32,000 nt of DNA from Copranaerobaculum intestinale (GCF_009831105.1 NZ_WUUQ01000008.1:1-32000), one strand, 5' to 3'. Shown: positions 7,343 through 16,430, counted from the first letter of the stretch. Numbers and translations: made by a program. The notes: generated from the letters alone by a model not told the origin.

Positions 7343-8107
7343 GAAACTGGCAGTGGTTATCCCGAATTGGATAAGCTGATGGTACTGTGTGAGTTATTCC
7401 ACTGTACGATGGATGATTTACTGAAAGGGGATGTGAAGGAACGCGATGTCGTAGGAATCGAACGATATGAGCAGTACTGCAACCAAATGAGCTGGGCGAT
7501 GACCCTTGGTGTCTTTATGTGCATCAGTGCAGTAACCGCCGGTGCTTTTATGGAAACTATCTTCACTGGAAAGTATGAAATCATCTTAATCATGATATTC
7601 TTTATTTTGGTGACGATCGGTGTGATGATATTTGTGTATTATGGAATGCAAAGTGAGTCATTCCATAAGAAATATCCAAATATACCGCAGCATATCTACA
7701 CCGAAGAAGAAATAGATGCCTTTAATAAGAAATTTCAGATTGCGATCGTTGTTGGGGTTGGCATGATCATTATCAGTTTGGTAATTCATGAGATCATCGC
7801 TCAGTTCGCACCGGAATATATAGCAAACGGTGTGTTTATGGCAATTGTATCAATCGTAGTATCTATCTTCGTGTATTTCGGACTTCAGAAAACCAAGTAT
7901 GAGGATACACGGAAGGATGAAAAAAATCCGGTATCCAAAGAAGATGAGATGGTTGGAAAGTACAGCGGTGTGATCATGTTGATTGCGACAATTATTTTCC
8001 TGCTTTGGGGATTTTTGCTTGACGGCTGGCGCATCGCCTGGTTAGTCTATCCGGTTGGCGGTATCCTGTGCGGCATCGTTTACCTGCTCATGGCCAAGGA
8101 TAAATAA
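7343..8107 (+). pseudogene. 5'-truncated host gene: XRE-type HTH regulator with a C-terminal multi-pass membrane domain, split by the element insertion
   Basis: The frame reads ETGSGYPELDKLMVLCELFHCTMDDLLKGD from 7343, which is only the tail of an HTH_3 domain. Helices 1-3 are absent and an in-frame TAA lies at 7334-7336. The rest encodes 4-6 hydrophobic helices. The track start at 7367 is a TTG with no RBS. Confidence 0.7.
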
Positions 8108-8110
8108 AAA

Positions 8111-8131
8111 AGAGAAGATTTTATCTTCTCT
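8111..8131. terminator. Hairpin between convergent genes (bidirectional terminator candidate)
   Basis: AGAGAAGAT (8111-8119), TTT loop, ATCTTCTCT (8123-8131), preceded by an A-run. It overlaps the stop codon of the minus-strand gene. Confidence 0.5.
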
Positions 8132-9428
8132 AGTGAGGCTCATAGGCATAGACGTGAGCCTTTTTATCTGCGTATTCCGCAGTTCCTCCATGAGCCATGC
8201 GTTCATTCAGGCGGGCATTAGCCAGCATGAGCTTCAGACGGTTTTCCTGATTGATGATGCTCGCTCCGGGATCATAGTCGACTGCTACGATGTTGGCGGT
8301 TGGATATACATTCTTGATTTTTCGCATCATGCCCTTGGCGACAATATGATTGGGCAGACAGCCAAACGGCTGACAGCATACGATATTTTGAACTCCGCTG
8401 TGAATCAGCTCGACCATTTCGCTGGTGAGCAGCCAGCCTTCCCCCATCTTCGCTCCTTTGTTAATAAAACCCTCTCCCGCATCCAAAAGCGAATCAAAGG
8501 TTCCTGGAGCGCGAAAGGTTCCTTCCTTTTGAATCGCTTTTATCATGCGGCTTTGACAGTGCGTAATGAAGGAAATGGCAAGCTTGGCAATCGGCTGGAC
8601 ATGTTTTTTGATTCCGTAGAGTGAGAAATCAACCTGATTATTTTTTAAACAGTAAAGTCCAAAGTCGATGACTCCCGATACCACCGGTTCAGCATTCTCC
8701 TTCAATAGAAAATCGACGAGATTGTTGTTTCCCAGCGGTGCGTATTTCATATAAATTTCACCGACGATTCCAACCTTGATCTTATTGACACAAGAACGTT
8801 TTATCATTGAGAATTCCGTCAGCATCTGTTTATAATTACGGGATATATAAAGAAACCGCAGACTGTGAAACTGGGTGTTTAGCTTAGCTACCCAGTGATC
8901 GACAACTCCCATTGTCGTTCCCTTTGCCGCCTCATAAGGCAGACACTGATTGGCGATCCACATCAGCATATCACCATAGATCAAAGCATAGATAAGCTTG
9001 ATCAGCAGCCGCAGCGTCAATTTAAAGCCGCTGTTTTTTTCCATCTTAGAAAAGTTAAGAGAGATCACGGGTATGTTTTCAAATCCGGCCTGCACCAACG
9101 CTTTACGCAACAAATACAAATAATTGCTGGCTCGACATCCTCCTCCGGTCTGGGTGATCGCAAGGGCGACGTGATCCAAATCGTATTTTCCGCTCTTCAA
9201 GGCATCGATCATTTGTCCGATGACCAACAAAGCCGGATAACAGGTATCGTTATGAACGTGATTTAATCCTTCCTGGGCTATTTTAGAACCGGTTGTTTGT
9301 AAAAGCTCTACTTGATAGCCTTCATCGCGAAGAACTCGTTCAATCATCTTAAAATGGATTGGAAGCATGTCCGGAATCAGAATGGTGTGCGTCTTACGCA
9401 TCGCTTTGGTAAATTCTACGCGTTCCAT
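8130..9428 (-). CDS. 2-hydroxyacyl-CoA dehydratase-family / activase-associated subunit (uncharacterised substrate)
   Basis: 432-aa ORF. Motifs ILIPDMLPIHF, NDTCYPALLVIGQ, TQTGGGCRASNY and CCQPFGCLPNH are typical of the C-terminal module of fused 'CoA-substrate-specific enzyme activase' proteins. It starts 5 nt after the upstream stop, with the RBS GAAAGGAAG inside the upstream gene. Confidence 0.88.
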   Translation of the reverse strand: MERVEFTKAMRKTHTILIPDMLPIHFKMIERVLRDEGYQVELLQTTGSKIAQEGLNHVHNDTCYPALLVIGQMIDALKSGKYDLDHVALAITQTGGGCRASNYLYLLRKALVQAGFENIPVISLNFSKMEKNSGFKLTLRLLIKLIYALIYGDMLMWIANQCLPYEAAKGTTMGVVDHWVAKLNTQFHSLRFLYISRNYKQMLTEFSMIKRSCVNKIKVGIVGEIYMKYAPLGNNNLVDFLLKENAEPVVSGVIDFGLYCLKNNQVDFSLYGIKKHVQPIAKLAISFITHCQSRMIKAIQKEGTFRAPGTFDSLLDAGEGFINKGAKMGEGWLLTSEMVELIHSGVQNIVCCQPFGCLPNHIVAKGMMRKIKNVYPTANIVAVDYDPGASIINQENRLKLMLANARLNERMAHGGTAEYADKKAHVYAYEPH

Positions 9429-9433
9429 CTAAA

Positions 9434-12355
9434 TCACTTCCTTTCTTCCATGGCAGCCAATAGGGAACGTACACGAATACGAATTGCCCCCAGATTGTCT
9501 ACCTCATCAATCTTGATCTGTGTATATAATTTTCCGTGCTCACGAAGAATATCTTTTACTTCATCAGAGGTGATGGCATCAATGCCGCAGCCGAAGGATA
9601 CCAGCTGGATCAATTCCATGTTCGGCTGTTTGCACACATAGCGAGCAGCATTGTACATACGGGCGTGATAGGTCCACTGATTCAGCACATTTACTTTTTC
9701 ATATGGCGTGATAAACGGTACGCTGTCCTCGCTGAGCACAACGAAGTCCAAGCCTGTAAGAAGCTTATGAATGCCATGGTTGATCAACGGATCAATGTGG
9801 TATGGCCGTCCCGCCAATAGGATCATTTTCTTATGGTGATCGTGCGCGAACTGAATCGCTTCCTGACCTGCTTTCAGCACATCGTTTTTATAAGCGTGGT
9901 AAGCGCGGAAAGCAAGCTCACCGCAGCGTCTGATCTCCTTTATCGAAATGTCGCAGCCGAAGCGTTTTAAGAATGCCTGCATTTTGTCATAGAAGCGGTT
10001 TGGCTGATGCAAGGACAGGTAAGGATAGAGAAACAGCTGCTCATCCAGCTCCATGTTGGCTGCGATTACTTCCGGATAATAGGCGACAACCGGACAATTA
10101 AACTGATTATCTGAGATGCCTTCATCGAAATTGTAGGTCATGCATGGGTAGAAAATGATCGGTACCTGCTCATCGATCAACTGTTGAATATGGCCGTGAA
10201 CAAGCTTAGCCGGAAAACAGACGGTATCGCTGGATATACTTTGCGAACCCTGTGCGTACATCTGTTTTGAGCTGCGCCCGCTTAATATGACCTCAAATCC
10301 AAGTTCAGTAAAGAAAGGATGCCAAAACGGCAGATTTTCATACATATTGAGAACCATCGGGATACCGATTTTACCGCGTTTTCCCGGTTTGCTTTTATAA
10401 TTCATCAACTTCTGATATTTATAAGCGTAAAGATCAGGATTTTCACTTGTCTGCTTGATACCCAGCGGTTTCTCGCACTTATTGCCGGCGATGTGGCGAC
10501 TGCCATCTTGGAATGTATTGATAGTCAAATTACAGTGGTTGGTACACCCGCCGCAGCTGATTGCCCTTGAGGTATGACTGAAAACAGCTAATTCTTCCTC
10601 AGAAATGAGGGTACTGTGTTTCAGCTGCTTGGTTTTCACATATAATGCGGCTCCGTACGCACCCATCAAACCGGCGATACTGGGACGGATGACATTTCTG
10701 CCCAGCTCGATTTCAAAGCTTCTTAGAATGGTATCATTGAGAAAGGTACCACCCTGGACAACGATCTGTTTTCCGATATCGTCGACACTGCGGGCCCGAA
10801 TCACCTTATACAAAGCATTTTTGACGATGCTCATCGCCAGCCCGGCAGAAATATCCGCGACACTGGCGCCGTTTTTTTGCGCTTCCTTGACGCTGGAATT
10901 CATAAATACGGTACATCGGGAACCAAGATCGACCGGCTCCTTGGAGGTTAAGCCAAGCCGTGCAAACTCTTCAATATCATATCCCAATGAACGTGCAAAG
11001 GTTTCGATAAAAGAACCGCATCCGGAAGAACAGGCTTCGTTTAAAACCATATCATCAATCGTGTGATCTTTGATGCGGAAGCATTTCATATCCTGTCCGC
11101 CGATGTCGATAATAAAATCTACATCCGGATTGAAGTGACGCGCCGCGGTATAATGGGCAACAGTTTCGACTACGCCGCAGTCACCGTGGAAAGCGCTTTT
11201 GATGAGATCCTCGCCGTATCCGGTTACCGCACATCCACGGATTTGGATCCGATTATCGATTTGCTTATAAATGTCAGTTAATTCTGCTTTTACCACATCA
11301 ATCGGATTTCCCAAATTATTGGTATAGCTGCTGTAAAGCAGCCGATCTTTTTCATCGATCATGATCAGCTTGGTAGTAGTCGAGCCGGCATCGATACCGA
11401 TATAGGCATCACCCTGATAGGTATGGATATCCTGGGTTGGAATATCACTCTGCTGGTGCCGATGCTTAAATTCACTGTATTCACCGTTGTCCTTGAATAA
11501 CGGCTTTAAGCCATGGTTCTTGATGCGGGTAGAAGCGATCTTTTCAAATTTTTCAATCAGCTGTTCATATGTATAGATGTCGGTACTATCCTTGGCATAG
11601 ACCGCTGCTCCCAGCGCCACATAATAAGGAGCGGTACTTGGGAATACAGCATGTTCAGCATCCAATTTTAGGGTTTCGACAAATCGCTGCTGAAGACCTT
11701 TCAAAAAAGACAGAGGGCCGCCCAGAAAAAGAATCTTACCCTCGATCCTGCGTCCCTGAGCCAATCCGATAATCGTCTGATCAACGACCGCTTGAAAAAT
11801 ACTGGCAGCGATGTTTGCTTTATCTGCACCCTGATTGACAAGCGGCTGAATATCGCTTTTCGCAAATACACCGCAGCGGGAAGCGATCGGATACAGCTGG
11901 GTATATTTCAAACTCAGCGCATCCATTTCGTTCAAATCCAGATTTAACAGGGCAGCCATCTGATCGATAAAGGCACCGGTGCCTCCAGCACAGGTACTGT
12001 TCATTCGCTCTTCCAAAGAACCTTTGAGAAATAAGATCTTCGCATCTTCACCGCCCAATTCGATGACGACGTCACTGTCGGGATCATAGCGGCGTACCGC
12101 ACCGGCAGTCGCAAATACTTCCTGAACAAACGGGAAAGCACCAATTTCTGCCATTCCTAGTCCGGCACTGCCGCTGATTGCGAGCTGGACTTCGTGTCCC
12201 TTTAGATAAGGCTCCAATTCTTTTATTTTCGATAAGGACATCTCTCTGACCAAGGAACGGTGCCGTTCATAGCTCTGATACAGAATTTCATCATGATCAC
12301 TGAGCAGCACAGACTTCAATGTGGTCGATCCGACATCCAATCCTAACTTATACAT
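9434..12355 (-). CDS. CoA-substrate-specific enzyme activase-like protein: two BcrAD/BadFG/HgdC-type ATPase domains plus a DUF2229-like region
   Basis: 973-aa ORF. Two actin-fold ATPase phosphate-1 motifs are present: LGLDVGSTTLKSVLL at the N-terminus and IGIDAGSTTTKLIMI about one third in. There is also a Cys cluster, CGGCTNHC. The RBS is GGGGAGG. The start overlaps the TetR stop by 8 nt. Confidence 0.92.
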   Translation of the reverse strand: MYKLGLDVGSTTLKSVLLSDHDEILYQSYERHRSLVREMSLSKIKELEPYLKGHEVQLAISGSAGLGMAEIGAFPFVQEVFATAGAVRRYDPDSDVVIELGGEDAKILFLKGSLEERMNSTCAGGTGAFIDQMAALLNLDLNEMDALSLKYTQLYPIASRCGVFAKSDIQPLVNQGADKANIAASIFQAVVDQTIIGLAQGRRIEGKILFLGGPLSFLKGLQQRFVETLKLDAEHAVFPSTAPYYVALGAAVYAKDSTDIYTYEQLIEKFEKIASTRIKNHGLKPLFKDNGEYSEFKHRHQQSDIPTQDIHTYQGDAYIGIDAGSTTTKLIMIDEKDRLLYSSYTNNLGNPIDVVKAELTDIYKQIDNRIQIRGCAVTGYGEDLIKSAFHGDCGVVETVAHYTAARHFNPDVDFIIDIGGQDMKCFRIKDHTIDDMVLNEACSSGCGSFIETFARSLGYDIEEFARLGLTSKEPVDLGSRCTVFMNSSVKEAQKNGASVADISAGLAMSIVKNALYKVIRARSVDDIGKQIVVQGGTFLNDTILRSFEIELGRNVIRPSIAGLMGAYGAALYVKTKQLKHSTLISEEELAVFSHTSRAISCGGCTNHCNLTINTFQDGSRHIAGNKCEKPLGIKQTSENPDLYAYKYQKLMNYKSKPGKRGKIGIPMVLNMYENLPFWHPFFTELGFEVILSGRSSKQMYAQGSQSISSDTVCFPAKLVHGHIQQLIDEQVPIIFYPCMTYNFDEGISDNQFNCPVVAYYPEVIAANMELDEQLFLYPYLSLHQPNRFYDKMQAFLKRFGCDISIKEIRRCGELAFRAYHAYKNDVLKAGQEAIQFAHDHHKKMILLAGRPYHIDPLINHGIHKLLTGLDFVVLSEDSVPFITPYEKVNVLNQWTYHARMYNAARYVCKQPNMELIQLVSFGCGIDAITSDEVKDILREHGKLYTQIKIDEVDNLGAIRIRVRSLLAAMEERK

Positions 12356-12929
12356 GTATGCATCCTCCCCTGCAAAGACCCATTGCGGCTTCCATCAACA
12401 ATGGTTTAACGTGTTCGATATCATCCGGCTTATGCAGTACATAAGACTGATAGCAGGTGAATCCCAGCATTTGCGACAATAACAGAAACCGATTGCGTAC
12501 ATCGCGGTCCTCCTCATGCTTTTGCCGGAGATGATCGTAAAACTCATTCAGCAGCGGAATGCTCTCACACATGGTATCCACGACGACATCTTTCATCATC
12601 AGCCGGGCTCTGGCTCCGTGATCCAGCAGCTTGCAAAGATCAGGATGTTCTCCGAAATAGGAAATCGTCTGTTCAATGAACGCCTGACACCAGGGAATAC
12701 CGGTTTCCTCACAATACTGCTTAGACAGTTTGAGGTTGGTTTCGATCACTGAGCTGTGCTCTCTCATGATCGTTTTTGTAATGATCTCTTCTTTATCTTT
12801 ATAATATGTATAAAAGGTACCCTTGGCTACATCAGCCTTAGCGACAATGGCATTCACGCTGGTATCTTCAAAACCGTATTCCAGAAAAAGTGTGCGGGCC
12901 GCTTCATCAATCCGTGTTTTCTTACCCAT
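12348..12929 (-). CDS. TetR/AcrR-family transcriptional regulator
   Basis: HTH motif TSVNAIVAKADVAKGTFYTYYKDKEE. I prefer the ATG at 12929 (MGKKTR...) because AGGAGG (12935-12940) sits 5 nt upstream. The track GTG at 12935 overlaps that RBS. Confidence 0.9.
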   Translation of the reverse strand: MGKKTRIDEAARTLFLEYGFEDTSVNAIVAKADVAKGTFYTYYKDKEEIITKTIMREHSSVIETNLKLSKQYCEETGIPWCQAFIEQTISYFGEHPDLCKLLDHGARARLMMKDVVVDTMCESIPLLNEFYDHLRQKHEEDRDVRNRFLLLSQMLGFTCYQSYVLHKPDDIEHVKPLLMEAAMGLCRGGCIHV

Positions 12930-13197
12930 GTGCACCTCCTGTTATGTTCTTATTCTGCTACTAGTTTAATCCTAAAATGACCGACGGTCAATGAAAAAGC
13001 AGTAAAAACCAACATGTAAGCGTTCATCAATTTTAAATGTAAAAAGATGATATAAAAGGATGTCTGAGGATGCAAAGAAGGATTCACACTTTATATTTTT
13101 ATTGAAATCATATGTTCCACTAGGTCTATCTTGGTTTGGAATTATAAAATCTGCTATGGCTTTAAGTTTAAAGTTGAAAAGCTGATAAAAGCAATTT

Positions 13198-14295
13198 ATG
13201 ATATACTGGAACGGGAAAGAGGGGATCTGTTTGTACGATTATGAAAAAGCATATCGCAGGTTGACGGAAAATCATGCCTACCTGGATGAGGGAGATTTTG
13301 TCATTGAGAATTGTCCGGTTCCGGAAGAGAATTGTTTGTATAGGCTCGATCCTCGTACCAAGCTTCAGACATCCAATTCGTTTCGGGGCTTCAAGTTCAA
13401 TAAAAAGGATTTTGTGATGGAGCTGATTCGCAGCCGCATGGTGACAAGTGAAAAGGATATAACCAAGCATGCGGTCGTTATGAACAGGCATGCCGTTACC
13501 GAGGATGTACATGTGTTTACATATGTGCCGCTGCATGCGTCCAACAAGCTTCCATGTATTTTATATATTCATGGCGGTTCATTCATCGGCGGCAGTGCTA
13601 CCTATGTGCATGAGGTATGCAAGGCACTGAGTGAAAAAGCCGAAGCGGTTATCGTTAACGTGGCATATCGGCTCGCTCCGGAATTCCCTTTTCCATGTGC
13701 ATTGTTAGACTGTTATCGCGCGCTTTGCTGGTGCCGCGAGAATCCTGCCGGATTACCGGTGAATGGGCAGATCGCCGTATGCGGAGACAGTGCCGGAGGT
13801 GGCTTGGCGGCTTCCTTGACCTTGTTTGAAAGGATGAATAAAGAATCAAGCATAGGCTTTATGGGGCTGATTTATCCATGTGTGCAGCTGCGGGAATCCA
13901 CGGCATATCCATGGGATGGCAAAGCGTATAAGATAAAACAGGACCACAAGGAAATTGTAGAAAGTCTGTTGTCGCTGAGAGCAGCTATGCTGGTGATTGA
14001 AGCCTTATATCTGAAACAACAGGGAAAAGCGGATGATCCGTTAGTATCTCCCATCTACACAAAGGATTATCGAGTATTCCCTCCATCGCTGGTCGTGACG
14101 GCAGAATATGATTATCTGCGGCTGCAGGGTGAACGCTTTGCCCAAAATTTGTGTGAACAGGGAAGGCCGGTGCGGTGCATCCGCTATGACGGTATGGAGC
14201 ATGCGTTTATGGATCGGCTGGGAACTTATCCGCAGGCTGAAAAGGTATTGGATGATATTGCGGAAACGATGAAATCACATTTTCAAAATTTTTGA
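13198..14295 (+). CDS. Alpha/beta hydrolase, hormone-sensitive-lipase-type esterase
   Basis: HGGSFIGG oxyanion motif, GDSAGG nucleophile elbow, C-terminal DGMEHAF. An alternative, better-supported start is the TTG at 13231, with GAAAGAGGGG at 13216-13224. Confidence 0.85.
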   Translation: MIYWNGKEGICLYDYEKAYRRLTENHAYLDEGDFVIENCPVPEENCLYRLDPRTKLQTSNSFRGFKFNKKDFVMELIRSRMVTSEKDITKHAVVMNRHAVTEDVHVFTYVPLHASNKLPCILYIHGGSFIGGSATYVHEVCKALSEKAEAVIVNVAYRLAPEFPFPCALLDCYRALCWCRENPAGLPVNGQIAVCGDSAGGGLAASLTLFERMNKESSIGFMGLIYPCVQLRESTAYPWDGKAYKIKQDHKEIVESLLSLRAAMLVIEALYLKQQGKADDPLVSPIYTKDYRVFPPSLVVTAEYDYLRLQGERFAQNLCEQGRPVRCIRYDGMEHAFMDRLGTYPQAEKVLDDIAETMKSHFQNF

Positions 14296-14339
14296 CAGCG
14301 GATGATGCTATAATAAAGATAACGGAAAGAAGGGAAAAG

Positions 14340-15476
14340 ATGGAAAGACGAACTTGGGAGAAATTAGGAATAGAAACGTCCTTGCTGGGCTTTGGATGCA
14401 TGCGGTTTCCGACAAATGATGAAGGAAAGATTGATGAGGTACGTTCTGAAGCGCTGATTGATCAGGCAATCACAAGCGGTGTAACGTACATTGATACTGC
14501 CTATCCGTATCACGATGGAGAAAGTGAACCGTTTTTGGGGAAGGTATTAAAGAAATACGATCGTCATTCATTCACGCTGGCGACCAAGCTGCCGCTTTGG
14601 GATATCAAGACAAGGGAAGAAGCAGAAACACTGTTTCACGCACAGCTGGATCGGCTTCAGGTAGATTATGTGGATTTTTATCTGCTGCACTCATTGGATA
14701 AAGGAAAATGGAAGAAGGTCAAGGAGCTTGGCATTCTGGAGTATTTAGAAAGTATGCGTGAAGCTGGAAAGCTTCGCTATATCGGTTTTTCATTTCACGA
14801 TACGTACGAAGTATTTGAGGAAATTCTCACGGATCGAAACTGGGATTTCTGTCAGATGCAGCTGAATTACATGGATGTGGATCATCAGCAGGGAATGCGC
14901 GGTTATCGGCTTGCAGAGAAGCTGAATATTCCGGTTGTAATCATGGAACCTAATAAAGGCGGCATGCTGGCACGGCTGCCGCAGGATATCGCTTCCATAT
15001 TGAAAGCGGTTGATCCAAATGCGAGCATGGCCAGCTGGTCAATGCGATGGATTGCATCACTGCCGAATATTAAAGTAGTTTTAAGCGGGATGAGCGATGA
15101 GCAGCAGGTAGCGGATAATCTGAAGACTTTTTCACCGTTTCACGCTTTATCTGATTATGAGTTGGAAACGGTAGCGAAGGTGAAGCAGGCAATCGAAGAA
15201 CGCACCAAAGTAGGCTGTACGGCATGCGGCTACTGTATGCCTTGCCCGCAAGGTATCAACATACCGAAGAATTTTAAGGTTTGGAACACCTATTCGATGT
15301 ATGAGAATGCCGAAGCCGCGGTACATTCTGTGGAAGCGCTGAAAAAAGAACATGCGTTCGCATCAGCATGTATCCGCTGCGGTGCTTGTGAAGCAATGTG
15401 TCCGCAGCATATTGATATCCGTAATCAATTAGCCGCAGCCGCAGCCTGTCTTGAAGCATTGGCAGTGAAAGGATAA
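14340..15476 (+). CDS. Aldo/keto reductase with a C-terminal 4Fe-4S ferredoxin-type domain
   Basis: AKR motifs LGFGCMRF and IDTAYPYHDGESE. Two Cys clusters, CTACGYCMPCP and CIRCGACEAMCP. I chose the ATG at 14340 (MERRTWEKLG) with GGAAAGAAGGGAAAAG upstream. The track start at 14292 overlaps the end of the esterase gene. Confidence 0.9.
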   Translation: MERRTWEKLGIETSLLGFGCMRFPTNDEGKIDEVRSEALIDQAITSGVTYIDTAYPYHDGESEPFLGKVLKKYDRHSFTLATKLPLWDIKTREEAETLFHAQLDRLQVDYVDFYLLHSLDKGKWKKVKELGILEYLESMREAGKLRYIGFSFHDTYEVFEEILTDRNWDFCQMQLNYMDVDHQQGMRGYRLAEKLNIPVVIMEPNKGGMLARLPQDIASILKAVDPNASMASWSMRWIASLPNIKVVLSGMSDEQQVADNLKTFSPFHALSDYELETVAKVKQAIEERTKVGCTACGYCMPCPQGINIPKNFKVWNTYSMYENAEAAVHSVEALKKEHAFASACIRCGACEAMCPQHIDIRNQLAAAAACLEALAVKG

Positions 15477-15479
15477 TGT

Positions 15480-15989
15480 ATGAATAATATTCAGAAACTG
15501 GTTAGCGCAGCGCTGTTAATGGCAGTAGGCGTGCTATTGCCGATCGTATTTCATTCAGTTGGCGGCATGGCTGTCGGCACATTATTACTGCCGATGCATT
15601 TACCGATCTTGATCGCGGGAGCGTTGCTGGGTTGGGAATATGGTCTGTTATGTGCGATCATCACCCCGCTTGTCAGCTTTATGACAACCGGTATGCCGAT
15701 GCTTGCAAAGCTGCCGTATATGATGGCGGAACTCATTTGTTATGGCATCATCATTGCCCTGTTGTATAAGAAAACAAATAAATTGTTACTTTCATTATTG
15801 GCGGCGCAGCTCATCGGGCGAGCGGTTTATGCATTGCTGCTGTTTGGTACGGCACTGCTATTCAACTGGCAAAATGTATCGGCAATTACGGTATGGACAG
15901 CTTTTATAACAGGGCTGCCAGGTATTGTGCTGCAGTGGGTGCTGGTGCCGCTTGTAATCTCAGCCATTAAGCGGGAGCGCTGTTTATGA
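15480..15989 (+). CDS. ECF transporter S (substrate-capture) component, substrate unknown
   Basis: 169-aa protein, all membrane, about 5-6 helices, with an ECF_trnsprt-like N-terminus (KLVSAALLMAVGVLLPIVFH). Starts 4 nt after the AKR stop. Confidence 0.8.
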   Translation: MNNIQKLVSAALLMAVGVLLPIVFHSVGGMAVGTLLLPMHLPILIAGALLGWEYGLLCAIITPLVSFMTTGMPMLAKLPYMMAELICYGIIIALLYKKTNKLLLSLLAAQLIGRAVYALLLFGTALLFNWQNVSAITVWTAFITGLPGIVLQWVLVPLVISAIKRERCL

Positions 15990-16375
15990 ACGCAAAAGAT
16001 TATCTGACGCAGGGGGTAACATGCGCGCTCATTCAAAACGACCGGCTGTATCAGGCACATACCTCGGGCATTCAGCCCTTAATGGATTGGCTGAAGGAAG
16101 AATCCTGCCCGTTATCAAACGGTGATGTGGCTGACCGGGTCGTTGGTAAGGCGGCAGCGATGCTGTTCCGCTATGCCGGGATTCGTTCACTCTATGCCGA
16201 AGTTATCAGTGAACATGCGCTTCAGGCTCTAAAGAACAGCAATATCACAGTTTGTTATGGTAAACGGGTTCCCTATATCATTAACCGGCGCCATGACGGC
16301 ATGTGTCCGATGGAAAGTCTGGTATTGCATGAAACCGATCCGCAGCGAGCTTATGAAATACTGAAGCAGAAATAA
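15986..16375 (+). CDS. DUF1893 (TM1506-like) domain protein
   Basis: Motifs ADRVVGKAAAMLF and VPYIINRRHDGMCPME match what I recall for DUF1893. An ATGA start/stop overlap with the S component indicates translational coupling. Confidence 0.8.
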   Translation: MNAKDYLTQGVTCALIQNDRLYQAHTSGIQPLMDWLKEESCPLSNGDVADRVVGKAAAMLFRYAGIRSLYAEVISEHALQALKNSNITVCYGKRVPYIINRRHDGMCPMESLVLHETDPQRAYEILKQK

Positions 16376-16390
16376 TTTTCTGCTTTTTTT
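16365..16390 (+). terminator. Rho-independent terminator of the esterase to DUF1893 operon
   Basis: AGCAGAAA (16365-16372), TAAT loop (contains the stop codon), TTTCTGCT (16377-16384), T-run to 16390. Confidence 0.6.
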
Positions 16391-16401
16391 ATCGTCAACA
16401 C

Positions 16402-16430
16402 TTTACAATAAAACAATGTTATGCTAGTAT
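16402..16430 (+). promoter_or_regulatory. Candidate promoter of the yhbD-like operon
   Basis: TTTACA (16402-16407), 17-nt spacer, TAGTAT (16425-16430) with an extended -10 TG at 16422-16423. The direct repeat AACAATGTTA occurs at 16412-16421 and 16445-16454. Confidence 0.4.

Noticed and set aside
8055-12980. Plus-strand ORFs antisense to the activase/dehydratase/TetR genes (8055-8624, 8895-9266, 9312-9641, 9536-9820, 10319-10570, 10605-11066, 11063-11281, 11569-11772, 12516-12752, 12756-12980)
   Set aside because: All are embedded antisense in long ORFs that carry clear family motifs. They are typical shadow ORFs of mid-GC coding DNA.
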